Shown piece by piece: positions 28,416-35,834 of a stretch of 64,000 bases of DNA (position 1 is the stretch's first letter; each line of letters opens with the position of its first letter). This DNA comes from an uncultured Chloroflexia bacterium (lineage in GTDB: Bacteria > Chloroflexota > Limnocylindria > Limnocylindrales > CSP1-4). Location of the stretch: NCBI GenBank assembly GCA_963698595.1, contig CAVORL010000001.1, positions 49,466-113,465 on the forward strand, given 5' to 3'. The notes beneath the pieces were generated by a model. The model ran no database searches. It worked only from the letters and a program-made list of their open reading frames with translations, and was not told the DNA's origin. The translations under genes were made by a program, and so were the position numbers.

Positions 28416-29149
28416 GCTATTCCGGGCCGGATCGCCGGCGCGGGGGCCCCGACCGGCGCGCCGAGGGCGAGCGGATCCGGATCCTCCTCGTGGACGACCA
28501 TGCGCTCGTCCGCGTCGGGATGCGGGCCATCCTGGAGCGCGAGCCGGACTTCGAGATCGTCGGCGAGGCCGACGACGGCCGGTCGGCTCACGACACCGCC
28601 CTCGAGACCGATCCCTCGATCATCCTCATGGACCTCACCCTCCCGCCGCCGGGCGGGATCGAGGCGACCCAGCGCATCAAGCGCGACCTGCCGGCCACCG
28701 GGATCATCATCCTGGCCTCCGACGAGGACGAGGAGGCGCTCTTCCAGGCGATCCGCGCCGGCGCCGCCGCGTTCATCCTCAAGGACGTCGGGCCCGACGA
28801 CCTCGTCACGATCATCCGCCGCGTGGCCGCCGGCGAGTTCCTCATCAACGACAAGGTGTTCGCCAAGCCGGCCGTCGCCTCGCGCGTCCTGAAGGAGTTC
28901 CGCGAGCTGGCGATCTACGGGCAGGAGGCGGCCCCCATCTTCGCCCCGCTCTCCCCGCGCGAGGTGGAGATCCTCGACAACATCGCCCAGGGGATGACCA
29001 ACAAGCAGGTCGCCTACCAGCTCTCCATCAGCGAGCAGACGGTGAAGAACCACATGAGCTCGATCCTGCGGAAGCTGGCCGTCAACGACCGGACCCAGGC
29101 GGTGGTGTACGCGATGCGCCAGGGCTGGATCCGGATGCCGGAGGACTGA
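28412..29149 (+). CDS. NarL/LuxR-family response regulator (DegU-like)
   Basis: ATG overlaps the kinase stop (ATGA). REC domain (RILLVDDHALVRVGM...IILMDLTLP) and a C-terminal LuxR HTH (LSPREVEILDNIAQGMTNKQVAYQLSISEQTVKNHMSSILRKL). Confidence 0.9.
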   Translation: MSYSGPDRRRGGPDRRAEGERIRILLVDDHALVRVGMRAILEREPDFEIVGEADDGRSAHDTALETDPSIILMDLTLPPPGGIEATQRIKRDLPATGIIILASDEDEEALFQAIRAGAAAFILKDVGPDDLVTIIRRVAAGEFLINDKVFAKPAVASRVLKEFRELAIYGQEAAPIFAPLSPREVEILDNIAQGMTNKQVAYQLSISEQTVKNHMSSILRKLAVNDRTQAVVYAMRQGWIRMPED

Positions 29150-29157
29150 TCTCCCGC

Positions 29158-30327
29158 ATGGCCGACGACCCGGTCGCGTCCCCTCCGGCCAGGGAGCCGG
29201 CGCCCCCGGGCACGCCCGCGGCGCTTGCCGACCTGCTGGCCCACGAGCTCGCGAGCCTGGCGAGCGAGCTCGCGGAGATCGAGCTGCTCGTCGGCCAGTC
29301 GCGGACGGAGGCGGGGCGCCACGAGCAGAAGCGCTCCGGCGCGGCCGAGCGGCTCAAGGGACTTGGCGGGAGGGGCTCCGCGGCCGAGCTCGCCGAGGCG
29401 AACGCCCAGCTCATGACGCTCACCCGACGCGCCGCCGTGATGGAGGCTCAGCTCGACGTCCTCGCCGGGAAGCAGCGCACGCTGGAGCGCTACCGCGACG
29501 GGCTGACCCGGGTCCGCGAGAGCGTCGCGGCCCTCGCAGACGGATGGGGCCCGCTCCACGAGGATGCCACGGCGGACCCGTCGGACGCCGCGCCCGGGTA
29601 CGCGCCCGCGGTCAGCCGGGTCGTGCTCGGCGCCCAGGAGGACCTGCGGCGCGACATCGCACGGGCGATGCACGACGGGCCGGCCCAGAGCCTGACGAAC
29701 ATCGTGCTCCAGGCCCAGATCGTGGAGCGCCTCCTCGACCGCGACCCTGCCGCCGCGAAAGACGAGGTTCGCGAGCTCAAGGCGATGGTCCAGCGGACCC
29801 TGGAGGCGACGAAGACGTTCATCTTCGACGTCCGTCCCATGGTCCTCGACGACCTGGGCCTGGTGCCCACGCTGCGCCGCGTGGCCCGCGACCGGAGCAG
29901 GCGCGCCCAGCTGCCCGTGGAGTTCGAGTCGCTCGGGACGGACCGTCGCTTGCCGATGGGCCAGGAGAGCGCGGTCTTCCGTGTGGCAGACGAGGCGGTG
30001 GCCGCTCTCGCCGGCGGGCAGCCGGAGAAGGTTGCCCTCACGCTCGACTGGGGCGACGAGCTGGAGCTGACCGTGCGCGCGGTCCACCCGGAACCGGTCG
30101 AGGCGCCCGAGGAGGAGCCGCGTGCCGACATGCCGGCCGCCCTCCGCGAGATGGTGGACGACCGGCGCGCCCGGGCGTCGGCGAGCGCGAGCGTCGCCGT
30201 CCTGACGGGGGCGATCCGCCGCGGGATCGCGGACCGGACGGCCGCCGCCGGGGGACGGGTCGACTTCGCGGCGGACGGGAGGAGCCTCGTGGCGGTCTTC
30301 CCCTTGGCCGCGCCCGCGGACGGGTGA
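29158..30327 (+). CDS. Histidine-kinase paralogue with an intact HisKA_3 H-box but a degenerate ATP-binding domain
   Basis: LRRDIARAMHDGPAQSLTNIVLQAQ is conserved. At the N-box position it reads DEAVAALAGG (no N/KHA), and I can see no DxGxG or G2 box. It shares the coiled-coil N-terminus with the first kinase. Confidence 0.75.
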   Translation: MADDPVASPPAREPAPPGTPAALADLLAHELASLASELAEIELLVGQSRTEAGRHEQKRSGAAERLKGLGGRGSAAELAEANAQLMTLTRRAAVMEAQLDVLAGKQRTLERYRDGLTRVRESVAALADGWGPLHEDATADPSDAAPGYAPAVSRVVLGAQEDLRRDIARAMHDGPAQSLTNIVLQAQIVERLLDRDPAAAKDEVRELKAMVQRTLEATKTFIFDVRPMVLDDLGLVPTLRRVARDRSRRAQLPVEFESLGTDRRLPMGQESAVFRVADEAVAALAGGQPEKVALTLDWGDELELTVRAVHPEPVEAPEEEPRADMPAALREMVDDRRARASASASVAVLTGAIRRGIADRTAAAGGRVDFAADGRSLVAVFPLAAPADG

Positions 30328-30536
30328 CCGGCACCGGGGCCGGCGTGGTGCTCGTGCGCACCCGATCCCGCGAGGCGGGCCAGGGGTTCGTTGAGTTCGG
30401 GGTCATCCTCGCGCTCGCCGCACTCGTCGCGGTGGCGATCCTCGTCCTCCTGCGCCCGCAGCTGGCATTCGTGCTCAGCCTGATCGGCAGCGAGGTGGAC
30501 AAGGCGGGCTGGCTCGACCTGTCGTATCTCGTGTGA
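30324..30536 (+). CDS. flp: Flp/Fap-type pilin-like protein (divergent, VEF variant)
   Basis: ...REAGQGFVEFGVILALAALVAVAILVLL... matches the G/xxxxE[YF] Flp processing motif plus a hydrophobic helix. GTG 30324 overlaps the TGA of the upstream gene (GTGA). Alternative GTG starts at 30345 and 30348. Confidence 0.6.
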   Translation: MTGTGAGVVLVRTRSREAGQGFVEFGVILALAALVAVAILVLLRPQLAFVLSLIGSEVDKAGWLDLSYLV

Positions 30537-30653
30537 GTTGGACCGGGTACTACTCGGGCGGCTGGTACTAGTTGGTGAGTGCCCAGCGCTCGGCCGTCCC
30601 GTAGGCTCGGGGGTGCCCCGTCTGGGGTGTGCGCACTCATCAGGGAGGCCTTC

Positions 30654-30824
30654 ATGGCGCTCATCGACTACGTGCTTGGCATCATCCATCGGGACGAAGA
30701 GGGGCAGGGCCTCGCGGAGTACGCGCTGATCCTCGCCCTCATCGCGATCGTCGCGATCGTCGCCCTGATCTTCCTGGGCGGCCAGGTCTCGACCATCCTC
30801 AGCACGGTCGGCAAGTCGGTCTAG
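30654..30824 (+). CDS. flp: Flp family type IVb pilin
   Basis: MALIDYVLGIIHRDEEGQGLAEYALILALIAIVAIVALIFLGGQVSTILSTVGKSV. AGGGAGG lies upstream. G/QGLAEY motif. Confidence 0.85.
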   Translation: MALIDYVLGIIHRDEEGQGLAEYALILALIAIVAIVALIFLGGQVSTILSTVGKSV

Positions 30825-30844
30825 CGACTGCACGCCAGTGAGAG

Positions 30845-30880
30845 AAAGGCCGGGCCCTCGGGCCCGGCCTTTCGGTTCTT
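30845..30880 (+). terminator. Rho-independent-type terminator hairpin after flp
   Basis: aaaggccgggccc/gggcccggccttt (GC-rich stem of up to 13 bp) followed by cggttcttc. Confidence 0.7.
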
Positions 30881-30920
30881 CGGCCGGCGCCGATGCGCAC
30901 CACTGACCGCCCTGCGGGCC

Positions 30921-30950
30921 TTGACACGAGCGAACACCGCGGCCTACGGT
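30921..30950 (+). promoter_or_regulatory. Sigma-70-type promoter candidate for the repeated flp unit
   Basis: TTGACA (30921-30926), an 18-nt spacer, then TACGGT (30945-30950). It lies ~125 nt upstream of ATG 31078. Confidence 0.5.
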
Positions 30951-31077
30951 TCCGGTCGCCGCTCAGGGCGGGTCGCAGCAGCAGCGGCGGCCGGCAGCCA
31001 CCAGAGCGCCCGGATCTCAGGATCCGTCAGCTCCCGTGGAGCACGGGGGACTTCCAAGGGAAGGAGGCGAACCACCA

Positions 31078-31248
31078 ATGACATTCCTCACCGCACTCAT
31101 CGATCTCTTCCGCACCGACGAAGAGGGGCAGGGCCTCGCGGAGTACGCGCTGATCCTCGCCCTCATCGCGATCGTCGCGATCGTCGCCCTGATCTTCCTG
31201 GGCGGCCAGGTCTCGACCATCCTCAGCACGGTCGGCAAGTCGGTCTAG
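31078..31248 (+). CDS. flp: Flp family type IVb pilin (repeat copy)
   Basis: MTFLTALIDLFRTDEEGQGLAEYALILALIAIVAIVALIFLGGQVSTILSTVGKSV. GGAAGGAGG lies upstream. Confidence 0.85.
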   Translation: MTFLTALIDLFRTDEEGQGLAEYALILALIAIVAIVALIFLGGQVSTILSTVGKSV

Positions 31249-31268
31249 CGACTGCACGCCAGTGAGAG

Positions 31269-31304
31269 AAAGGCCGGGCCCTCGGGCCCGGCCTTTCGGT
31301 TCTT
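31269..31304 (+). terminator. Terminator hairpin (repeat copy of 30845-30880)
   Basis: Identical sequence, offset by 424 bp. Confidence 0.7.
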
Positions 31305-31344
31305 CGGCCGGCGCCGATGCGCACCACTGACCGCCCTGCGGGCC

Positions 31345-31374
31345 TTGACACGAGCGAACACCGCGGCCTACGGT
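31345..31374 (+). promoter_or_regulatory. Promoter candidate (repeat copy of 30921-30950)
   Basis: Identical TTGACA-18 nt-TACGGT, offset by 424 bp. Confidence 0.5.
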
Positions 31375-31501
31375 TCCGGTCGCCGCTCAGGGCGGGTCGC
31401 AGCAGCAGCGGCGGCCGGCAGCCACCAGAGCGCCCGGATCTCAGGATCCGTCAGCTCCCGTGGAGCACGGGGGACTTCCAAGGGAAGGAGGCGAACCACC
31501 A

Positions 31502-31672
31502 ATGACATTCCTCACCGCACTCATCGATCTCTTCCGCACCGACGAAGAGGGGCAGGGCCTCGCGGAGTACGCGCTGATCCTCGCCCTCATCGCGATCGTC
31601 GCGATCGTCGCCCTGATCTTCCTGGGCGGCCAGGTCTCGACCATCCTCAGCACGGTCGGCAAGTCGGTCTAG
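31502..31672 (+). CDS. flp: Flp family type IVb pilin (repeat copy, identical to 31078..31248)
   Basis: Identical protein and upstream region. Confidence 0.85.
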   Translation: MTFLTALIDLFRTDEEGQGLAEYALILALIAIVAIVALIFLGGQVSTILSTVGKSV

Positions 31673-31688
31673 CGACTGCCGGTTCTCG

Positions 31689-31717
31689 ACGGGCCGTCGG
31701 CGGCGCCGACGGCCCGT
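31689..31717 (+). terminator. Hairpin after the third identical flp copy
   Basis: acgggccgtcgg / ccgacggcccgt, a 12-bp stem with a 5-nt loop. The downstream T-tract is weak. Confidence 0.5.
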
Positions 31718-31761
31718 TCTCAACTCCGGCCCGATCGGGGCCGCATCGGGGGACCACCGCC

Positions 31762-31938
31762 ATGGATCCGGCACCACGCCAGGGCCGGCGGGTCACAAGG
31801 GAGCACTCTCAGGTCGGCCAGGGCCTCGTCGAGTACGCACTCATTCTTGTCCTGATCGTCATCGTCGCCATCGTCAGCCTTGCATTCCTTGGGACTTCCG
31901 TATCCGGCTACCTGAGCACCATCGGCACATCCGTCTGA
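31762..31938 (+). CDS. flp: Flp family type IVb pilin (divergent paralogue)
   Basis: MDPAPRQGRRVTREHSQVGQGLVEYALILVLIVIVAIVSLAFLGTSVSGYLSTIGTSV. Confidence 0.8.
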   Translation: MDPAPRQGRRVTREHSQVGQGLVEYALILVLIVIVAIVSLAFLGTSVSGYLSTIGTSV

Positions 31939-31939
31939 C

Positions 31940-31975
31940 CCGAGACCGGCCCTCCGCCACGGAGGCCGGTCTCGG
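31940..31975 (+). terminator. Hairpin after the last flp gene
   Basis: ccgagaccggcc...ggccggtctcgg, a 12-bp stem plus 3 further pairs across a bulge. There is no clear T-tract. Confidence 0.45.
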
Positions 31976-32062
31976 CGATCCAGCAGGCCACTCGGAACGT
32001 GGGGGGCCATACGCTCGGGACCTACTTCGCGTGGCGCGGTGAGCAGGAGATCCTGCCATTTG

Positions 32063-32092
32063 TTGCCAACGGTCCTAGCCCTTTTGTGTAGT
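32063..32092 (+). promoter_or_regulatory. Possible promoter for the cpaB-tad assembly operon
   Basis: A locally AT-richer patch reads TTGCCA-18 nt-TGTAGT, ~65 nt upstream of the TTG start of cpaB. Confidence 0.3.
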
Positions 32093-32155
32093 CGCGCGGC
32101 CCCTGACCGATGTTAGAGTGGTGCCGCCTGTCACTCGGCAACGGGGAGACCTACT

Positions 32156-33019
32156 TTGAAGCGCAGCAATCGCCTGATCCTGTTGATCGGCCTCTTCCTG
32201 GCGGTGATCGCCTTCGTCGGCATCATCCTGCTGCTCGGCGGTGGGGGAACCGGCACGGACCCGGATTCGGACGTCGGGAAGACGACCATCGTCGTCGCCG
32301 CAGCGGACATCCCGCTCGGAACGACCATTACCGAGGAGCTCGTCACCACGAATAGTGTGCCGGAGGCTGAGAAGCCCGTCGGTGCCTATACGTTCACGAG
32401 CGAGGTCATCGGTCAATCGACGACCACCACGATCACGAAGGGCCAGCTGGCGAGCTCGGCCTGGTTCTCCACCACGACGACGGATGCGGCGCAGATCGCT
32501 CGCAACCTCGCCACCGGCCGCCGCGCGATGTCGGTCCAGGTGGACCAGGTCTCGGGCGTGGGAACGCTCATCAAGCCGGGCGACCGCGTGGACGTGGTCA
32601 TCGGCATCGCCGGCGCCGAGAAGTTCCCGGTCGTGACGACCGACCCCGCGACCGACCAGATCGTCGTGATCCCGGGAGTCAACGCCACGTCCGTGAAGGC
32701 GATCATCCAGAACCTGGAAGTCGTCGGCACACTCCTCCCGCCGGCGCCCGACCAGGCCGCGCAGGACCAGGCCGGACAGGACGGCATCGCGCCCGCGCTC
32801 AACGGTCAGGCGCAGATCGTCATCCTCGCCGTCTCCGCCCAGGAGGCCGAGGTGCTGCGCTTCGGCCAGATCGACGGCACGATCACGCTCGTCCTGCGGT
32901 CGCCGGATGACAACGATGCGCCGAGCGACGTGACGACGGGCATCACCCTGCGCCAGCTCGTCGACGCCTGGGCCGTGATCCCGCCGCAGATCGTCGAGAC
33001 GACCCTCCCGAAGAAGTAG
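32156..33019 (+). CDS. cpaB: Flp pilus assembly protein CpaB/RcpC
   Basis: TTG start 7 nt after GGGGAG. N-terminal TM segment (LILLIGLFLAVIAFVGIILLL) and a SAF-like segment (IVVAAADIPLGTTITEELV). Position immediately upstream of tadZ/tadA. Confidence 0.8.
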   Translation: MKRSNRLILLIGLFLAVIAFVGIILLLGGGGTGTDPDSDVGKTTIVVAAADIPLGTTITEELVTTNSVPEAEKPVGAYTFTSEVIGQSTTTTITKGQLASSAWFSTTTTDAAQIARNLATGRRAMSVQVDQVSGVGTLIKPGDRVDVVIGIAGAEKFPVVTTDPATDQIVVIPGVNATSVKAIIQNLEVVGTLLPPAPDQAAQDQAGQDGIAPALNGQAQIVILAVSAQEAEVLRFGQIDGTITLVLRSPDDNDAPSDVTTGITLRQLVDAWAVIPPQIVETTLPKK

Positions 33020-33116
33020 CTCCGCGCGCCGTGGGTCGGGCCGCTCGGCTCGGCCCCGGCGCGAGCCACGCGATCGTGTCCACCACCCGAAGTCCGAGGC
33101 GAAGGCCCACCGGCTG

Positions 33117-34355
33117 ATGACCGACCAGATCCGCGTCCTGATCGTGGACGACATCCCGGAGACCCGCGACCACCTGGCGAAGCTTCTCGGGTTCGAGAAG
33201 GACATCGAGGTGGTGGGGGCCGCCGCGTCCGGCGCCGAGGCGCTGGAGATGGCGGCGAAGCTCCTCCCGGACGTCGTTCTCATGGACATCAACATGCCGG
33301 AGATGGACGGAATCGCCACCACCGAGCTCCTCACGGCACGCGTGCCAACCGCCGCGGCCGTCATGATGTCGGTACAGGGCGAGGCGGACTACCTGCGCCG
33401 GTCCATGCTGGCGGGGGCCCGCGAGTTCCTGGTCAAGCCCTTCAGCTCCGACGAGCTCACGGCGTCGATCCGGCAGGTGCACGCCCGGGAGCGCGAGAAG
33501 TACGGCCGGATGGCAGCCCCCGCAGCCGAGGCCCGCTCGCCGTCGAGCGACCGGGAGCCCGGGCGCGTCGTCGCCTTCTTCAGCCCGAAGGGCGGAGTGG
33601 GCCGCACGACGATCGCGGTCAACACGGCCGTCGCTGCGGCGTCCGAGCCCGGCACCGAGGTGGTCCTCGTGGACGGCTCGTTCCAGTTCGGCGACGTCGG
33701 CGTGCTCCTCAACCTGAACCCGCGCAACAAGTCGATCGCCGACCTGGTCCCGGAGCTGGAGGCCAGCGGCGACCCGGAGTCCATCGAGACCTTCGTGGTC
33801 ACGCACTCGACGGGGGCGAAGGTGCTGCTGGCCCCGCCATCGCCCGAGATGGCCGAGCTTGTGACCCCGGCGGCCATCCGCCGGGTGCTCGACCTCCTGC
33901 GCGCGAAGGCTGACCTGGTGGTCGTGGACTGCTCCGCGGCGTTCAGCGACTCGACGCTCGCAATCCTCGACGCGGCCGACGTGATCCTGAACGTCCTGAC
34001 GCTCGAGATCACGAGCATCAAGAACATGCGGCTCTTCCTGGAGGTCGCCGACCAGCTGGGCTACCCTCCGGGCAAGATCGAGCTGGTGCTCAACCGGTCC
34101 GACTCCGCGCTCGGGATCCGCGTGGCCGACGTGGAGAAGTCGATCGGGCGCAAGGTGGACCACATGGTCGTCAGCGACGGCCGGAGCGTGGTGTACGCCC
34201 TCAACAAGGGCGTGCCGTTCTTCGTCAGCAATCGCGAGGCGCAGGTGTCGCAGGACGTCCTTCGCCTTGCCCGAGCCCTCCTCGGGGCGCCGGAAGCCGT
34301 GGCCGCCGTGGCCCGGAAGACGGCCCCCAGGAAGTCGATGTTCGCATGGCGGTAG
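33117..34355 (+). CDS. tadZ: TadZ/CpaE-type ParA/MinD-like ATPase with an N-terminal receiver domain
   Basis: REC domain (IRVLIVDDIPETRDHL...VVLMDINMPEMDG...FLVKPF), then the deviant Walker A VVAFFSPKGGVGRTTIAVN. Confidence 0.85.
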   Translation: MTDQIRVLIVDDIPETRDHLAKLLGFEKDIEVVGAAASGAEALEMAAKLLPDVVLMDINMPEMDGIATTELLTARVPTAAAVMMSVQGEADYLRRSMLAGAREFLVKPFSSDELTASIRQVHAREREKYGRMAAPAAEARSPSSDREPGRVVAFFSPKGGVGRTTIAVNTAVAAASEPGTEVVLVDGSFQFGDVGVLLNLNPRNKSIADLVPELEASGDPESIETFVVTHSTGAKVLLAPPSPEMAELVTPAAIRRVLDLLRAKADLVVVDCSAAFSDSTLAILDAADVILNVLTLEITSIKNMRLFLEVADQLGYPPGKIELVLNRSDSALGIRVADVEKSIGRKVDHMVVSDGRSVVYALNKGVPFFVSNREAQVSQDVLRLARALLGAPEAVAAVARKTAPRKSMFAWR

Positions 34356-34401
34356 CAGGTCGTAGGAGCTCCCCTCGGGAGCGTGAAGGGGTGGTGGGAC
34401 G

Positions 34402-35817
34402 ATGTCCCTGCTGAAGCGAATCGAGAGCGCTCGTCCCGGCGGGGCCGGGCCGGAGCCTGTGCCCGCCGGGACCCCGGCGCCCGCCGCTCCCGGCGGGCCT
34501 CCGAGCGGCGGCAAGGTCCTTGTGCCGGCCCAGCGCCTCCTGCCCACGGCCCCGGTCCGCGAGTCGTTCCGCGACGTCAAGTTCCGGATCCAAAGCCGGG
34601 TCATCTCCGACCTGGACCCGAAGCTCGACCTTTCGAACCAGGTCGAGGTCCGCCGCCAGATCGAGGAGATCTTCGGCAAGGTCATCGACGAGGAGGGCCT
34701 GGCCCTGACCCGCGCCGAGCGGGTCAGGATGCTGGAGCAGATCACCGACGAGATCATCGGTCTCGGGCCCCTGGAGCCGCTCCTCCGCGACGAGTCGATC
34801 ACCGAGGTCATGGTGAACGGCCCGCGCCAGGTCTACATCGAGCGCAACGGCAAGCTCGAGCTGACGAACGTCGTCTTCCAGAACGACGACCACGTCATGC
34901 GCATCATCGATCGGATCATCGCCCCGATCGGTCGCCGCGTCGACGAATCGTCGCCGATGGTCGATGCCCGCCTCACCGACGGCTCCCGCGTGAACGCGAT
35001 CATCCCGCCTCTCTCGCTCGTCGGCCCCGTCGTCACGGTCCGGAAGTTCGCCGCCTCCCCCTTCACGGTGGACGACCTGATCCGGTTCGGGACCGCGACG
35101 CCCGAGATGTTCGACTTCCTCAAGGCCTGCGTCGAGGCGCGCCTCAACGTCTTCGTCTCGGGCGGAACCGGCTCGGGCAAGACGACGACGCTCAATGTCC
35201 TCTCGTCATTCATCCCGAACGACGAACGGATCATCACGATCGAGGACGCCGCCGAGCTGCAGCTCCGCCAGGAGCACGTCGTGACCCTCGAGTCACGGCC
35301 GCCCAACATCGAGGGCCGCGGCGCCATCCCGATCCGGGAGCTCGTCCGCAACGCCCTCCGGATGCGGCCCGACCGGATCATCGTCGGGGAGTGCCGCTCG
35401 GGCGAGGCCCTCGACATGCTGCAGGCCATGAACACGGGCCACGACGGCTCGATGTCCACCGGCCACGCCAACAGCCCGCGCGACATGCTGTCGCGCCTGG
35501 AGACGATGGTCCTGATGGCCGGCGTGGATCTCCCGCTTCGCGCGATCCGCGAGCAGATCGCCTCAGCCGTCGACCTCATCGTCCACCAGGCCCGCCTCAA
35601 GGACGGGACGCGCCGCATCACGAACATCACCGAGGTCCAGGGGATGGAGGGTGACGTGATCGTGATGCAGGACGTCTTCATCTTCGAGCAGACGGGCGTC
35701 GTCGAGGGCAAGATCCAGGGCCGGCTGAAGCCGACCGGGATCCGCCCCAAGTTCGTCGAGAAGTTCGAGGTGCAGGGGATCCACCTGCCGCCCGGACTCT
35801 TCGGCTTCACGTACTAG
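34402..35817 (+). CDS. tadA: Tad pilus secretion ATPase CpaF/TadA (T2SSE family)
   Basis: Walker A VSGGTGSGKTTTLNVL, ITIEDAAELQL, IIVGECRSGEALDMLQAMNTGHDGSMSTGHAN. Confidence 0.95.
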   Translation: MSLLKRIESARPGGAGPEPVPAGTPAPAAPGGPPSGGKVLVPAQRLLPTAPVRESFRDVKFRIQSRVISDLDPKLDLSNQVEVRRQIEEIFGKVIDEEGLALTRAERVRMLEQITDEIIGLGPLEPLLRDESITEVMVNGPRQVYIERNGKLELTNVVFQNDDHVMRIIDRIIAPIGRRVDESSPMVDARLTDGSRVNAIIPPLSLVGPVVTVRKFAASPFTVDDLIRFGTATPEMFDFLKACVEARLNVFVSGGTGSGKTTTLNVLSSFIPNDERIITIEDAAELQLRQEHVVTLESRPPNIEGRGAIPIRELVRNALRMRPDRIIVGECRSGEALDMLQAMNTGHDGSMSTGHANSPRDMLSRLETMVLMAGVDLPLRAIREQIASAVDLIVHQARLKDGTRRITNITEVQGMEGDVIVMQDVFIFEQTGVVEGKIQGRLKPTGIRPKFVEKFEVQGIHLPPGLFGFTY

Positions 35818-35834
35818 GCGCGGGAGGGCACGCC

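Larger units (their letters stand above)
30693..31679 (+). repeat. Perfect tandem direct repeat, 424-bp unit, about 2.3 copies
   Basis: By my reading, 30693-31116, 31117-31540 and 31541-31679 are identical. The track ORFs 31036..31248 and 31460..31672, and 30893..31081 and 31317..31505, are also identical. Each unit holds the flp 3' part, a terminator hairpin, a promoter-like site, a ~120-nt leader and the flp 5' part. Confidence 0.9.

Noticed and set aside
30893-31505. The duplicated 62-aa ORFs (30893..31081 and 31317..31505) and the 114/197-aa ORFs inside the flp repeat.
   Set aside because: They are Arg/Ser/Gly-rich and have no ribosome-binding site. They run through the terminator, promoter and leader of the flp units, and are duplicated only because the DNA is duplicated.
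30693-31679. Whether the repeated block could be a CRISPR array or a mobile element.
   Set aside because: The unit is 424 bp with no short repeat/spacer periodicity. It contains a pilin gene. There are no cas genes, transposase or integrase genes, and no terminal inverted repeats.
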